DNA of 64,000 bases. Source: Octopus vulgaris (lineage: Eukaryota). The stretch covers positions 45,508,001 to 45,572,000 of the forward strand of contig OX597829.1 of the NCBI GenBank assembly GCA_951406725.2, read 5' to 3'. The notes below the pieces were generated by a model. It worked only from the letters and a program-made list of their open reading frames with translations, searched no databases and had not been told where the DNA came from. This document shows, one piece after another, positions 25,166 through 38,837 of the stretch (positions within the stretch are counted from its first letter, which is position 1; each line of letters starts with the position of its first letter). The translations under genes and the position numbers were made by a program.

Positions 25166-25896
25166 TATGTTGGTAAGTAAAATGTTTGTGGCGGTAATAA
25201 ATTAATTCCAAATTGGAGACACCCAACAGTGTTACAAAAGACTGAATGACATGTAGAATCAAAGGAATTAAGATTATAAAAGAAATCCTTATCACTTGAC
25301 TATTTTATGACCCTTTCTTTTCTCTCTGTCTCTCTAACTTTATTTTCTTATCTATCTATTTTTTTCCCTCCTTTACATACTTCTAATGGGTTTATTTTTC
25401 TGAGTGAGCACCCCTTTTAATACATCCCTTTGTATATCTCATTATTTGCTCATATCTTCATTCTGATAGCATGTACATATCTTTATCTATATATGTATAT
25501 ATTGATATATATATATCTATATCTAAGCTATGTTTTATGTTTTTATGTCTTATTTGTCCATGTTTTCTTATCAGTGTGGTTCATTTTATTACATTTTATG
25601 ACGAGAAGCATGTCTTCCCTCTTTTGAAAATTGCTAGAATACAGCAACCACCTAGATATATGCTACTTTGGAACTAAGTGAAATGGTGAGTAGAAAGATT
25701 GAGGTATTTGTTTAAAAAGTCACTTGAAGAAATGCAATCAAAACCTGTGATGCTAAACAATTGATCATACAGCATCTCACCTGGGATGTACAGGCAGGGA
25801 ATGAATTGAAACAATTGTAGAGGTTTTGAAGAAAGAATCTCATGAATTCCATTTTCTGTTTCTGATCTATTTTTATATAAACTCTATGGAGACCAA

Positions 25897-26212
25897 GTGG
25901 AGGCACAATGGCCCAGTGGTTAGGGCAGCGGACTCACGGTCGGAGGATCGCAGTTTCGATTCCCAGACCGGGCATTGTGTGTGTTTAATGAACGAACACA
26001 CCTAAAAGCTCCACGAGGCTCCGGCAGGGGGTGGTGGCGACCCCTGTTGTACTCTTTCGCCACAACTTTCTCTCACTCTCTCTTCCTGTTTCTTGAGTAA
26101 CACTGCGATGGACTGGTGTCCCGTCCAGCTGGGGGGAACACATACGCCACAGAAACCAGGAAACCAGGCCCATGAGCCTTGCTAGGCTTGAAAAGGGCAA
26201 CATTTATTGTTT
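25897..26212 (+). mobile_element. SINE family C with 12-bp TSD
   Basis: TSD tatggagaccaa at 25885-25896 and 26213-26224. Confidence 0.9.
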
Positions 26213-26374
26213 TATGGAGACCAAAGAATTCCTGAAGTAAATCCAGTAGCATATGCATCCCTACTGTTGTTGACATCAGATAGCCAAAATCTGTAGGTGA
26301 GCTTTACCTTGTAGAATACTTTATAGTAACCTACAAGGTTTCTGACTGAAAACAATTTAACTATTCTCTTATTC

Positions 26375-26750
26375 TATTCTTTTATCTGTTTCAGTCATTT
26401 GACTGTAGCCTTGAAAGATTTTGGTCAAACAAATCGAACCAGGACTTATTTTTATAAGCCTAGTACTTATTCTATCGGTCTCTTTTGCTAAAAGGCTAAG
26501 TTACTGGATGTAAACTTAACAACACCAATTGTCAAACGGTGATAGGGGAACAAATATAGATGCACACTCACATAGATATATACATACAATGGGCTTCTTT
26601 CAGTTTCCATCCACCAAATCCACACACAAGGTTTTGGTCGGCCTGAGGCTATAGTAGAAGATGCTTGCCCAAGGTGCCACGCAATGGGACTGAACCCAGG
26701 TCCATGTGGTTGGAAAGCAAGCTGCTTACCACACAGCCACACCTGTACCA
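26375..26750 (-). mobile_element. SINE family A
   Basis: Full head and tail homology. Confidence 0.85.
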
Positions 26751-26761
26751 ATATATATATA

Positions 26762-26812
<51 letters not shown>

Positions 26813-26861
26813 ATGTGTGAATGCATGCATGTGTGTATATATATATATATACACATGTATA

Positions 26862-27083
26862 TCATCATCATCATCATCATCATCGTTTAACGTCCGTTTT
26901 CCGCGCTAGCACGGGTTGGACGGTTTCGACCGGGGTCTGGGGAGCTCGGGACTGCCCCAGGCTCCAGTCTAGTCTGGCAGTGTTTCTACAGCTGGATGCC
27001 CTTCCTAACGCCAACCACTCCGCGAGTGTAGTGGGTGTTTTTTACGTGCCACCTGCACAGGTGCCAGAGGGGTCTGGCATCGA
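26862..27083 (-). mobile_element. RTE 3' tail copy
   Basis: (CAT)n followed by gtttaacgtccgttttcc. Confidence 0.8.
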
Positions 27084-27517
27084 TACATATGTGTGTATAT
27101 ATATATATATACACACACATACACATATATATATATGCCATGTATCCAATCTTTTGGATCATTGATCATGCTGTGTCTGTGTCTTAACATTACTTTCTAA
27201 TCGGAAACAAACATCACCATCAGCCAAGTTGCACTGTTTTGTTTGCAATTTCCTGTGAGGACATGTCCAGAGTTGATAAAATTTTACCTCACCTGAAAAT
27301 AGGTAAGGGTTAGCTGATTGAAAAGTATCTGCCTCAACAAATCATGCACGACCCATGCAAGCATGGAAAAGTAGACGTTAAAGTAAGGCTGATGATGATG
27401 ATGATAATGATGATGACGACAACGACGACGATGGTAATGATGATAATGATGATGATGATGACAGTGGCAGTGATAGTGATGACGACGGTGAGAATTGTGG
27501 TGCTGGGACAGACATGA

Positions 27518-27752
27518 AGGCGGCGAGCTGGTAGAAATGTTAGCATGCTGGGCGAAATTCTTAGTGGTATTTCGTCTGCCGTTACATTCTGAGTTCAAAT
27601 TCCACTGAGGTCGACTTTGCCTTTCATCCTTTCGGGGTTGATAAATTAAGTACTAGTTACACACTGGGGTCGATGTAATCGACTTAATACCTATGTCAGT
27701 CCTTGTTTGTCCCCTGTATGTTTAGCTCCCCTGTGGGCAATAAAGAAATAAG
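27518..27752 (+). mobile_element. SINE family B monomer
   Basis: ggcggcgagctggtagaa head through gggcaataaagaaata. Confidence 0.85.
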
Positions 27753-27756
27753 AGAC

Positions 27757-27757
<1 letters not shown>

Positions 27758-27790
<33 letters not shown>

Positions 27791-27893
27791 CATGACGACA
27801 ACAACAACGACGACAACAGTAATGATGACAAGAACAATAATGATGATGATGATGATGATGAAGATGATGATGATGAAGATGATGATGATGGGA

Positions 27894-27940
<47 letters not shown>

Positions 27941-28147
27941 AATGTTGATGACAATGACGACGACGATGACGATGACCACGATGACGATGACTACGATGAC
28001 GATGACATGACGAAGATGAGGACGACGATGATGGCAATGACGACGATGACGACGATGATGACGATGACGACGATGACGACAATGACGATGATGACGACAA
28101 TGACGATGATGATGACGATGACGATGACGACGACGATGAATGATGAT
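27758..28147. repeat. (GAT)n/(GAC)n trinucleotide array
   Basis: Direct reading. Confidence 0.95.
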
Positions 28148-28829
28148 ACATTCATATTTAATATAGCAATCAATACACCATTGCATCTGATCTGAATGCT
28201 TCTCGTACATTATTTAGCTCTAACAGATTTAATGAATTGGGAATACATGCAGATATTTTGATTTACACCAGCCTAGGTGAGAATCGAACCAATAATATAA
28301 AAGAAAAAAAATAGTTATAAATAGATAGATTCAAATAAATAAAACATACAAATAGATTAAATAGGTGGACATTAGCATTTGTACTAATCTATAAAAATAA
28401 ATGTTACCGTTTTCCTGATTCATATGTCACGGTAAACTAATCGTCCACCTAGACCTGTAGCTCTCAGCCCTTTTTTTAACTATGGACCCCCTTGATCCTT
28501 AATTTACTCCAGTGCTCCATGACCTTTTTTCTCACTTGTGGCACACTTGTATTCTTTTCAAAATTCTGTGACACACCTGAACATAACTGAAAGTATAGGG
28601 GAAAAAAATTATATTCAGGTTACACTGTGGCACATCTAACATTGTCTCGTGGCACACCAGTGTGCTATGGTTGTGGGGCAATGTTTTACTCTACTGAACC
28701 CCTATGTTAAGAAATAAAGAAAAACCATAATATTCCTATAACTAAATAGTATTAGAATCGTTTTATAAAAAAATTAACATATTTTGTGTATTGTAGAAGT
28801 ATGTCCAGTTTATTGTGGCATAAATTGGT

Positions 28830-29795
28830 TTTTTTCCTACTCTAGACACAAGGACCGAAATTTTTGGGGAGGTGGCCAGTCAATTAGATCAACCCCAGTA
28901 TGCAACTGGTACTTAATTTATCGACCCTGAAAGGATAAAAGGCAAACTCAACATCGGCAGATAAAAATATTCTTTTCTACTCTATGTACCTGTGCCGGTG
29001 GCATGTGTAAAAGATTTGAGCGAGGTCATTGCCAGTACCGCCTGACTGGCCCCATGCTGGTGGCACGTAAAAAGCACCCACTACACTCTCTGAGGAAGGG
29101 CATCCAGCTGTAGAAACTCTGCCAGATCAAGATTGAAGCCAGGTGTAGCCATCTGGTTCGCCAGCCCTCAGTCATTCGTTCAACCCATGGTAGCATAGAA
29201 AGCGGACGTTAAACGATGATGATGATGATGATGATGCACAAGATTTGTAATTTTTAGGGAGGGTTCCAGTTGATTAGGTTGGCACCAGTATGCAACTGGT
29301 ACTTAATTCACTGACCTTGAAAGGACGAATGGCAAAATCAACCTCAGCAGATAAAAAATATTCTTTTCTACTCTATGCACAAGGTCCAAAATTTTTGGGG
29401 AGGGGGCCATTCAATTAAGTTGACCCCAGTACGCAACTGGTACTTAATTTATCGACCTCAAAAGGATGAAAGGCAAAATCGACCTCGGCAGATAAAAATA
29501 TTCTTTTCTACTCTATGCACAAGGTTTGTAATTTTTAGGGAGGGGTCCAGTCGATTAGGTTGACACCAGTACGCAACTGATACTTAATTTATCGACCCAA
29601 AAGGATGAAAGGCAAAGCTGAACTCAGCAGATAAAAATATTTTCTACTCTAGGCACAAAGTCCGAAATTTTTGGGAAGGGAGCCAGTTGATTAGAGCGAC
29701 CCTTATACACAACTGGTACTTAATTTATCGACCCTGAAAGGATGAAAGGCAAAGTCGACCTTGGCAGATATAAAAATATTCTTTTCTACTCTAAG
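28830..29795 (-). repeat. Tandem array of ~140-bp headless SINE-B units, interrupted by an RTE tail at 28987-29235
   Basis: About five units, each joined by ggcagataaaaatattcttttctactcta. Confidence 0.85.
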
Positions 29796-30543
29796 CATCA
29801 TCATCATCATAGTTTAACACCCGTTTTCCATGCTGGCATGGATTGGACAGTTTGACTGAGGACTGGCAAGCCAGGATGCTGCATCAGGCTCAAATCTGAT
29901 CTGGCAAGGTTCCTATAGCTGGACGCCCTTCCTAATGCCAACCGCTCTGAGAGTGTAGTGCGTGGTTTTTACATGCCAACAGCACAGGGGCCAGTCAAGA
30001 AGCACCGGCATCAACCACGCTCAAATGGTGCTTTTTACACATCACCAGCAGGTGGGGGGCAGTCAGGTGGCACTGTAATGTATCAAAAATTGGATAAGAA
30101 TCATTTGATTGTAAGTCTGTTCAGTCAGCAACCAAGGGTTAAATATCAGCAAACACAATGTAAATAAATTTTTATATGATAAGCACAAGACTTCATGAAA
30201 TTTTAAGTTGGTAGGGGACTAGTCAATTACAAGGATTCCAGTGCTCAATTGGTACTTATTTTATCGACCCTGCTGAAAGGATGAAAGGCAAAGTGTACTT
30301 CAGCAGGATTTGAACTCAGAACATAAAAGTAACAAAGTGCCACTAAGCATTTTGTCTTGGATGCAAACAGTCCTGCTAACTCATAACCTTAAATAATTTT
30401 CCTGAACCTACTGAGGAAAGACCTGAACATATTACTCTAAGACACAGTTCTTGTTGTTGCTGCTGTGGTCATTGCTATTGCCATTATAGTTGTTATTGTT
30501 ATCATTATTGGAGCTGTTGTTATTGTTGCTGCTATTATTGTTA

Positions 30544-30606
<63 letters not shown>

Positions 30607-31744
30607 TGCAAGCTGGCAGAATTGTTAGCGTGCTGGAGGAAATGTTTAGTGGGATTTCAGCAGCCATCACATTCTGACTTCAAATTCTGCCGAGGTTCAC
30701 TTTGCCTTTCATCCTTTCAGGGTCGATAAATTAATTTAAAAAATTACTGTTTTTAAATCTCACAACATGAGATATTTAGCAACAGTACTTTGTAGTAAAA
30801 ATTGTTTGCCAGCATAACATGGCAGTCCTGGTTTAGGATGAATGTTGCTGTAATTTAGCCCCACGAGACATCGTCTCCAGCTGGCTATACAACACGCTCT
30901 GTGTCCTTATATTTTCGAACAAGGGAATCTAGTACCCCAACTCAGCTCAAAACAATATCTGTGTATCGTGATTTCCGGGTTATTTCCCATTCATTTCGAT
31001 AAATTAAGTACCAGTTGAAAACTGGGGTTGATGTAATCGACTCATTCCCACCCCCAAGATTGCTGCCCTTGCAACAAAATTTGAAACCATTATTATCGTT
31101 GTTGTTGCTAAAATGGCAAGCTAGCAGAACATTTAGCACCCCAAGCAAAATGCTCAGCGGTATTTCGGCCATCTTCATGTTCTGAATCCAAATTCTGCTG
31201 GGGCCAACTTTACCTTTCATCCCTTCAAGGTCGATAAACTAAATATCAGTTGCTTACTGGGGCCAATGTGATCAACTTAGACCCTCCCCTCAAATTCCAG
31301 GTCTTGAGTCTATTGTAGAAAGGATTATTATTGCTGCTGTTGTTGTTGTTCAATTTTACTAGGACAGACTTACGATCCAACTATGACCATCTCTTCTGGT
31401 TTCCTTTTACTTTTATTCTGATGCTGTGTACCTAAGACTTGGCTGCTATTTCAAGCAAGTCAATCGGCTGTAGAAAGGTGCTATTGTTATTAATGTTGTT
31501 ATTACTATTATTATTATTCAGCCTTAGATCAGTCTCTCCTTATTTATTTTATTTATTTTCTAAATGGCTTAGACGGAAACAATGATAATCACTCACCGAA
31601 CCAACAAGCTGGCCTTTACCTGATCACTGAACCTGATGGCAATAAATGCAGCCAACTTAGTGCTTGGTAAATGAAAAGGAGAAATTAGTTACAGATGGAA
31701 TGCCTTTGAATAGTGGTCTTTTCAATGAAAGCTGACTTAGAAAC

Positions 31745-31947
31745 TTAACGACAACAAAAGCAACAGCAGCAACAACAACAACAGCAACAACAACAGCAAC
31801 AAAAACAGCAACAGCAACAACAGCAACAACAACAGCAACAAAAACAGCAACAGCAACAACAGCAACAGCAGCAGCAGCAACAACAACAACAACAACAGTA
31901 ACAACAAAAACAACATCAGCAGCACCAACAATAGCAACAACAACAGC

Positions 31948-31981
<34 letters not shown>

Positions 31982-32163
31982 GCAGCAACAACAGCAAAAA
32001 CAGCAACAGCAGCAATAACAGCAATAACAGCAACAACAGCAACAACAACAACAGCAACAACAACAACAGCAGCAGCAACAACAGCAAAAACAGCAACAAC
32101 AACAACAACAACAGCAACAACAACAACAACAACAGCAGCAACAAGAACAGCAACAGCAGCAGC
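31745..32163. repeat. (CAA/CAG)n array
   Basis: Direct reading. Confidence 0.95.
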
Positions 32164-32284
32164 CGTTCAAGAATTTGGACCTGGAGATCTCCATTTCCAG
32201 TGACTTCGAGGGCCACCTCCCAGTAGTATCAAGCATCAATGAAAAGCCCTCGACTACAACAAGACGGCCGAAGTTATCATTGTC

Positions 32285-32318
<34 letters not shown>

Positions 32319-32342
32319 TAATAATAATAATAATAACAACAA

Positions 32343-32713
32343 CAACAAGAGCACTCAGAGAGTGCAAACCTCCACCAAGGCAACATCAACATCCTCTCAA
32401 CGATTAGCGAGAGATGATTCTTAAAATGAGAATATCTGAAATAAACTGGACAGCTCTCACAAACGAGAATACTAAAAATGAACCGGACCACTCTAAAAAA
32501 TTAAGTAAGAAAACTAGAAAAATAATCCAGAATCCTTGTCTGGTACTGGATTGATTCCAAAATCTAATCAGTTTGTGCCAGTCATAAGGCCAAACATCCT
32601 CGAAAGTTTCATTCGAATCCATCCAGTGCTTATTGAGATATCTTGCCTGTGGACAAATAAACAAACAAACACAACTGAAAACAATACCTCTGCCTTCGCT
32701 TAGATGGAGCTAA
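32343..32713 (+). mobile_element. Non-autonomous Helitron/Helentron-like (DINE-type) element; second copy at ~48190-48405
   Basis: 5' acaagagcactcagagagtgc hairpin, (caaa)n, 3' degenerate hairpin; body repeated at 48190. Confidence 0.5.
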
Positions 32714-32840
32714 TAATAATTAATCAGGAAAGTATTAGATAGTTGAAAAGAATGAATAGCATGGTACTGTAGGCTGCAGGTTGTAAGCCCGCTATGCATG
32801 CAAGAATCCAGGAGCTCCAGCAAACCTAGGATAAAGAGAA

Positions 32841-32941
<101 letters not shown>

Positions 32942-32954
32942 TAGTAATAATGAT

Positions 32955-34720
32955 TTCTTTTATTTTCCACAAAGGTGAAAGATGAGGGGGACAATACAGA
33001 GATAGTGTGAGGGTGTTTTCATATAATGATGAAATGATAAAAAAAATAAAGTATACACGCTATACACTGGAAAAGAAGACATATATGCATAGCAAACAAA
33101 GGTTAAAAAAAAATTAAAAAGTTGGCTGGGAAGATGACAGAGATATGGCCCTCCTGATACAGGAACACCTACAGGGATAGTCGAGGAACCCCACTGCCTG
33201 AGATTTCCCTGAAACTCTATGAGCAAGTGCCCTCTCCAATTCCTTCTCTCCGACTCACAGGTCTACACTTAGAGAGGTACCATCCACTATGGCCATTTTT
33301 GCAACTTTCACCCATCTTTTGATAAACTCACTTGAGGACAGCACTTCCTTCTCCACTCAATTTCCGGATCTTTTCCTTTTGAACAGCACTTTGTAACATA
33401 ATTTCTAGGTAACTAAAAAGTTTTAAACTTTGTATACTGGTAGAATGTGTTTATAAAACATAATTTTCTCTTGGCTTTATTGAGAAAATTCTATAGGTTG
33501 TAACATATTTCATCTAAAATTTCTTGCATTTCGGCAATTTTAACCAATCAATTACCTCCATTGACGTAAATAACATTCTGTGCATAATGAATATGTCCTC
33601 CTTTAAGAAACAGATTGGGTTTATTTACATTTGTAAAGAAAAAGATACCCTTCCCCCCACCCCTAACCCTAACCCTAACCCTAACTAACCCCAACTCTAA
33701 CCCTAAATCTAAAATAGATTGAAATGTAATAGATCGATACTAGGGTTATAATTATGGGTGACAATTTCATACGACACCGCTATGGAAAATGGGATTTTTT
33801 TCCAGTGGTGTCAAATGAAAATGTCACCCATAATTATGCCCCTAGTATCGATCTATTGCATTTCAATCTATTTTAGATTTAGGGTTAGAGTTAGGGTTAG
33901 GGTTAGGGTTAGGGTGGGGGAAGGGGTATCTTTTTTCTTTACAAATGTAAATAAACCCAATCTGTTTCTTAAAGGAGGGACATATTCATTATGCACAGAA
34001 TGTTATTTACGTCAATGGAGGTAATTGATTGGTTAAAATTGCCGAAATGCAAGAAATTTTAGACGAAATATGTTACGACATATAGAATTTTCTCAATAAA
34101 GCCAAGAAAAATGATGTTTTATAAATACATTCTACCAGTATACAAAGTTTAAAACTTTTTAGTTACCTAGAAATTATGTTAGAAAGTGCTGTTCAAAAGG
34201 GAAAGATCCCAATTTACTTTTCAAGTGAAACTTGAAGAAGTCAATGAGAGCTTTACAAAAGAAGAATGTATCTATTCTCATGCCTTTCAACCCTGTCCAC
34301 CAAACAACCTCTTTTGCCACAGCTACCAGGGCAATGAAAACTGCTTTGCATGATTGATTGAAGGAGGGCAGGGAGGCAATCATCCTTACAGACTTGGCCT
34401 ACAGTGGATCCATCTCATGTGTGACAGCAGCTGTTCAACATAACCCCACAAATCAGCAATGCCCGGACACTGAACAAGGGCATGCAAAACGTTTCATCAC
34501 TCTGCGCACACCTCAGACAAGTCTGTCTGGCAGTGCATCTGTGCCTGTAGAGCTTCTCTCGAACCAGTAGCACCCACTGATAGCACTGCCAAGCCAAGGA
34601 TATCTGGAAATTATCTATAATAGTTCCCGACCTGAAAGTCCTCTGGAACATGTTAGCCAGTTTGTTCTCATCGGTTCCCAGAGTCTGCTTGAGAATGTTG
34701 TCACACTTCCCCGTCATTAA
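32955..34720 (-). mobile_element. Tx1/L1-like LINE 3' fragment, split by a palindromic insertion
   Basis: zf-RVT-like CLRC..DET..HALVQC..LW; reading continues across the insertion (FHLKSK..VEKEVLSSSEFIKRW); AATAAA then (TTA)n tail. Confidence 0.7.
33366..34209. mobile_element. 844-bp fold-back element with internal telomeric repeats
   Basis: ~420-bp near-perfect inverted arms; (CCCTAA)n at 33661-33706 and (TTAGGG)n at 33879-33915. Confidence 0.9.
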
Positions 34721-35257
34721 TCCTCCCTAAATTACTAAAGCAAATAATAATAATAAAGTAATGAAGTCAAGAAATTTTTTATAAGGATAAGGAGAATACT
34801 AAAATCCAAATTTAATGGTGTAAGCACCATAAACTCAAGTGTCATATCCAGCATCAAATACAGTGGCAGCATAACCAAATTGACAAAGAAAGAGTTTGAG
34901 AACATAGAAAAGCAAGGAAAATGCTAACTATTGAGAGCAGTGCTTCTCAAACTATCTGATGTGGCGTACCGGCGTACCGGCAGATTTTTTTACCAATGTC
35001 CCAGGGACCAGTAATATTTCAAGGGCCTCTGAAAACATCTTGCTTTAGATGTATGTATTGGTATATATTGCAAGAAACAGATAGGTTTCTTTCTCTAACA
35101 TTTATACTGGAAACAATATATATAATTATGGAGATGTACAAGTGACCTGATCTGAGATCGTGTGCTGGAACGAAAACAACTGCAGCGTGGAAGGTGTTTA
35201 TAAGCCATTTAAAAAACACACAAAAACCGTTCGATTCACTTCAACATTTAAATTTAA

Positions 35258-35308
35258 TTTGTCAAAATATTTTCGTCGCTTTCAGACCGCGACCTGTTCA
35301 CTGACAAA
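35258..35308 (-). ncRNA. Type I minimal hammerhead ribozyme, G3:C8 variant
   Basis: tttgtca-GUGAACA-g-gtcgc-ggtctgaaa-gcgac-GAA-aatatt-U-tgacaaa; stems I and II perfectly paired. Confidence 0.75.
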
Positions 35309-35355
35309 ACTTCGTGCTGCATCTGAGAAAGTAACAGTTAGTTCATGATATATAT

Positions 35356-35530
35356 ATGTACGTATGTATGTATGTATGTATGTATGTATGTATGTATGTA
35401 TGTATGTATGTATGTATGTATGTATGTATCTATGTATGTATGTATGTATGTATGTATGTATGTATGTATGTATGTATGTATGTATGCATGCATGCATGTA
35501 TGCATGCATGTATGTATGTATGTATGTATG
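35356..35530. repeat. (TATG)n tetranucleotide microsatellite
   Basis: Direct reading. Confidence 0.95.
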
Positions 35531-36971
35531 CGCGTATGTATGTGTGTACATGTATGAGCGCATGCATGTGTGCATAGGCATGTATGTATGTACTTATGTA
35601 CTTACGTATGTATGTGAGTATGTAGGAGAGTGTGTAGACGCCTCTGTGTGTGTGTACATGTGTATGTACATGTGAACGTATGTTTATGTACTGATATGTG
35701 TGAGTTCAAGTTGTATACATGACTGTTACCTTGTTGAAGGTTGTATATATACACACATATGCATTTATATAGACACACATACATATATATATATGGGTGT
35801 GTGTGTGTGTGCATTTGTCCCTCTCACCATCGTCTAATGGCGAATGGATACAACGTCTTAGATACATATATGCACATATAACCTTATACATATATACAAG
35901 TACACACAATCATATAGACACTTACACATACTCAAAAATATACGTATAATCTTAAAGTATACGCTTATCCATCTCTACATACATACACACACACACACAC
36001 ATGACACTCTATTCAAGGACAACGGTTAAAATTCAAATTTGCTTTATTTTATTTATTCTTTTTTTTATATGCATACATATACAATACATACATATATCTA
36101 CACATACTCATATGTGCATGCATGTATATACTTATACACTAACATACACAACACACAACATATACATACACGTTCACACACATATACATCTACACATACG
36201 TACATACGTATCAAACAATGTCCGCTCATACGGTTATACAGTGGGAGGAAATAAATATTCGTACATGTCAAAATACTTTATTTACTTAATTTCTAATGAA
36301 CATAAATGGGATATACCAATACTATACTTGCATACACATGCATAAACTAAGTTACGGGATGTAAACACACCAACACCGGTTGTCAAGCGATGGTGGGGGA
36401 GACAAACACTGACACACAAATACATAGACACACACACAAATACATCATCATCATCATCATTGTTCGACCGTGAAAAGACACACAAATACATACACATGCA
36501 CAAACATACACACACACACATGACAAGCTTCTTTCAGTTTCCATCTACCAAATTCACTCACAATACTTTGGTCGACCTGAGGCTTTAGAAGAAGACACTT
36601 GCCCAAGGTACCATGCAGTGGGACTGAACCCAGAACGACGTTGGGATAAACGTTGGGAATTAAGCTTCTTACCATACAACCATCCTGTGCTCTAAAATTA
36701 CCCCAAAACAGAAGAAATTCTTGTGAATGGTCCTGTACGGTATATGAAACTTATAGATATTAATTGCTGGTAATTTGTAATAATGATATATATTAATTGC
36801 TGGTAATTTGGAACTATAATATACTATCGAGTATATTAAAAGTTTATAAGTGAATGGTGTGTCCTACTTTGTGTTAGCAGCACATTGTTTTCTACGAATT
36901 TGTATAGAATTTAGAGCCAACACTAAAAATTAAGATGTTTCATGTATGAATACGCCTGTGTAAACAATGCG

Positions 36972-37388
36972 TAGGCATAGGAGTGGCTGTGTGGTAAGTC
37001 GCTTGCTTACCAACCATATGGTTCCAGGTTCACTCCCACTGCGTGGCACCTTGGCCAAGTGTCTTCTACTATAGCCTCGGGCCGACCAAAGCCTTGTGAA
37101 TGGATTTTGTAGACGGAATGTGTATGTATGTATGTATGTATGTATGTATGTATGTATGTATGTATGTATGTATGTATGTATATGTCTGTGTGTCTGTGTT
37201 TGTCCCCACAACATTGCTTGACCACCGATGCCGGTGTGTTTACGTCGCCATAACTTAGCAGTTCGGCAAAAGAGACCGATAGAATAAGTACTAGGCTTAC
37301 AAAGAATAAGTCCTGGGGTCAATTTGCTCGACTGAAAGTGGTGCCCCAGCATGGCCGCAGTCAAATGACCAAAACAAATAAAAGAGTA
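36972..37388 (+). mobile_element. SINE family A
   Basis: Full-length, with internal (TATG)n. Confidence 0.9.
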
Positions 37389-37811
37389 TATATTTTATTA
37401 TAAATGCAAAACAGCACCACACACTCACCTCCCGAGTTTCGTTTTCCATACACTATGTGCGACTCTGTGTTTACTTATCCATGGTACACTACGTATTTAA
37501 AAAAAAAATATTTTGATTAACGTGTTATACAGTGCAGTACTGTACTCTATTTTTATTTATCAATTTATTAATTTTTAGGTGTGGACATGCTTATTTTAAT
37601 GCAGAACTAATTAAAAGCTAAAAAAAAAAAAGTATAAATACCTATCGGCCACAGAAACCCACAATATACTGACAAGTCTGTGAAATAAATTTACATATAT
37701 TAGCCAGAAAAATCTGTGATGTACTGAGTGTGTGATAGGTGAACCACGATGTACTGAGTATGCGATAAGTGAACCGCAACATGGTGAGGGATTATTAATA
37801 TTACAGTATCT

Positions 37812-38225
37812 TCTGGAGTGGCTGTGTGATAAGTAGCTTGCTTACCAACCACATGGTTTCGGTTTCAGTCCCACTGTGTGGCACCTTGGGCAAGTGTCTT
37901 CTTCTATAGCCTCAGGCAGACCAAACCCTTGTGGGTAGATTTGGTAGATGGAAACTGAAAGAAGTCCATTGCATATATGTATGTGTATATATATATATAT
38001 ATCTGTATGTGTGTTTGTGTGTCTGTGTTTGTCACCCCCAACATCGCTTGACAACCGATGCTGGTGTGTTTACGTCCCCATAACTTAGCGGTTTGGCAAA
38101 AGACACAGAAGGAATAAGTACTAGGCTTACAAAAAATAAGTCCTGGGGTCGATTTCCTCGACTAAAGGCAGTGCTCCAGCATGGCCACAGTCAAATGACT
38201 GAAACAAGTAAAAGAGTAAAAGAGA
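37812..38225 (+). mobile_element. SINE family A
   Basis: Full-length head, core and tail. Confidence 0.9.
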
Positions 38226-38837
38226 GAGAGAAGCTAACCAAGTGAAAGGACTGACCAATCTTTGTTCACAGTGTTGATTGAAGACCAAGAATAATTGGAG
38301 CACAAGAACTCACAAACAATGAAATGGTAAATTTCTCTAATGATATCCTGGAGGACATCAATGTTTATGAAGTTCAGAATACTCTACTTCTTGGAACACA
38401 GTTCACATACTATGGAGAGTAATGTCATTCAAGTGACATCTTCCCTGAAGTGTGTAGTGTCTCACCTCAAGCCTGACCCCATAGTTTAGACCTGACCCCA
38501 TAGAAAGTACAAAAGAAACAGCAGTAACAACAACAACAACAGCTACATTAAAAATACAGCAAACAAATTAAGAAACAAGTCAAGATTTATTCTAAGCAGG
38601 GGTTCCCAGTCATTTTTTTATCTATTTTATTCTGGTGGACCCCTAACTCCATTCAATGCTTAAAAACTAGTTTTACAGACACTTCCTTCAAAATTCCTAT
38701 TTTGTGTTTGACATTAACTTGTGTAGGTTGAATTATGTAAAATGTTAGAGAAAGAAACCAAGCTATTTCTTGCAATATACACCAATACATACATCTAAAG
38801 CAAAATGTTTTCAGAGGCCCTTGAAATAAAAACCTCT

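Noticed and set aside
25781-25867. Candidate exon on the minus strand (AG..CAG|gtgaga); similar candidates at 783-881 (+) and 28227-28276 (+)
   Set aside because: Plausible splice dinucleotides only; no recognisable peptide and inconsistent strands
31745-32163. PolyQ-coding exon
   Set aside because: Interrupted by TAA triplets and flanked by other microsatellites and repeats
33661-33915. Telomere fusion scar
   Set aside because: Orientation is CCCTAA..TTAGGG (opposite to a fusion), and the arrays are short and internal to a palindromic element
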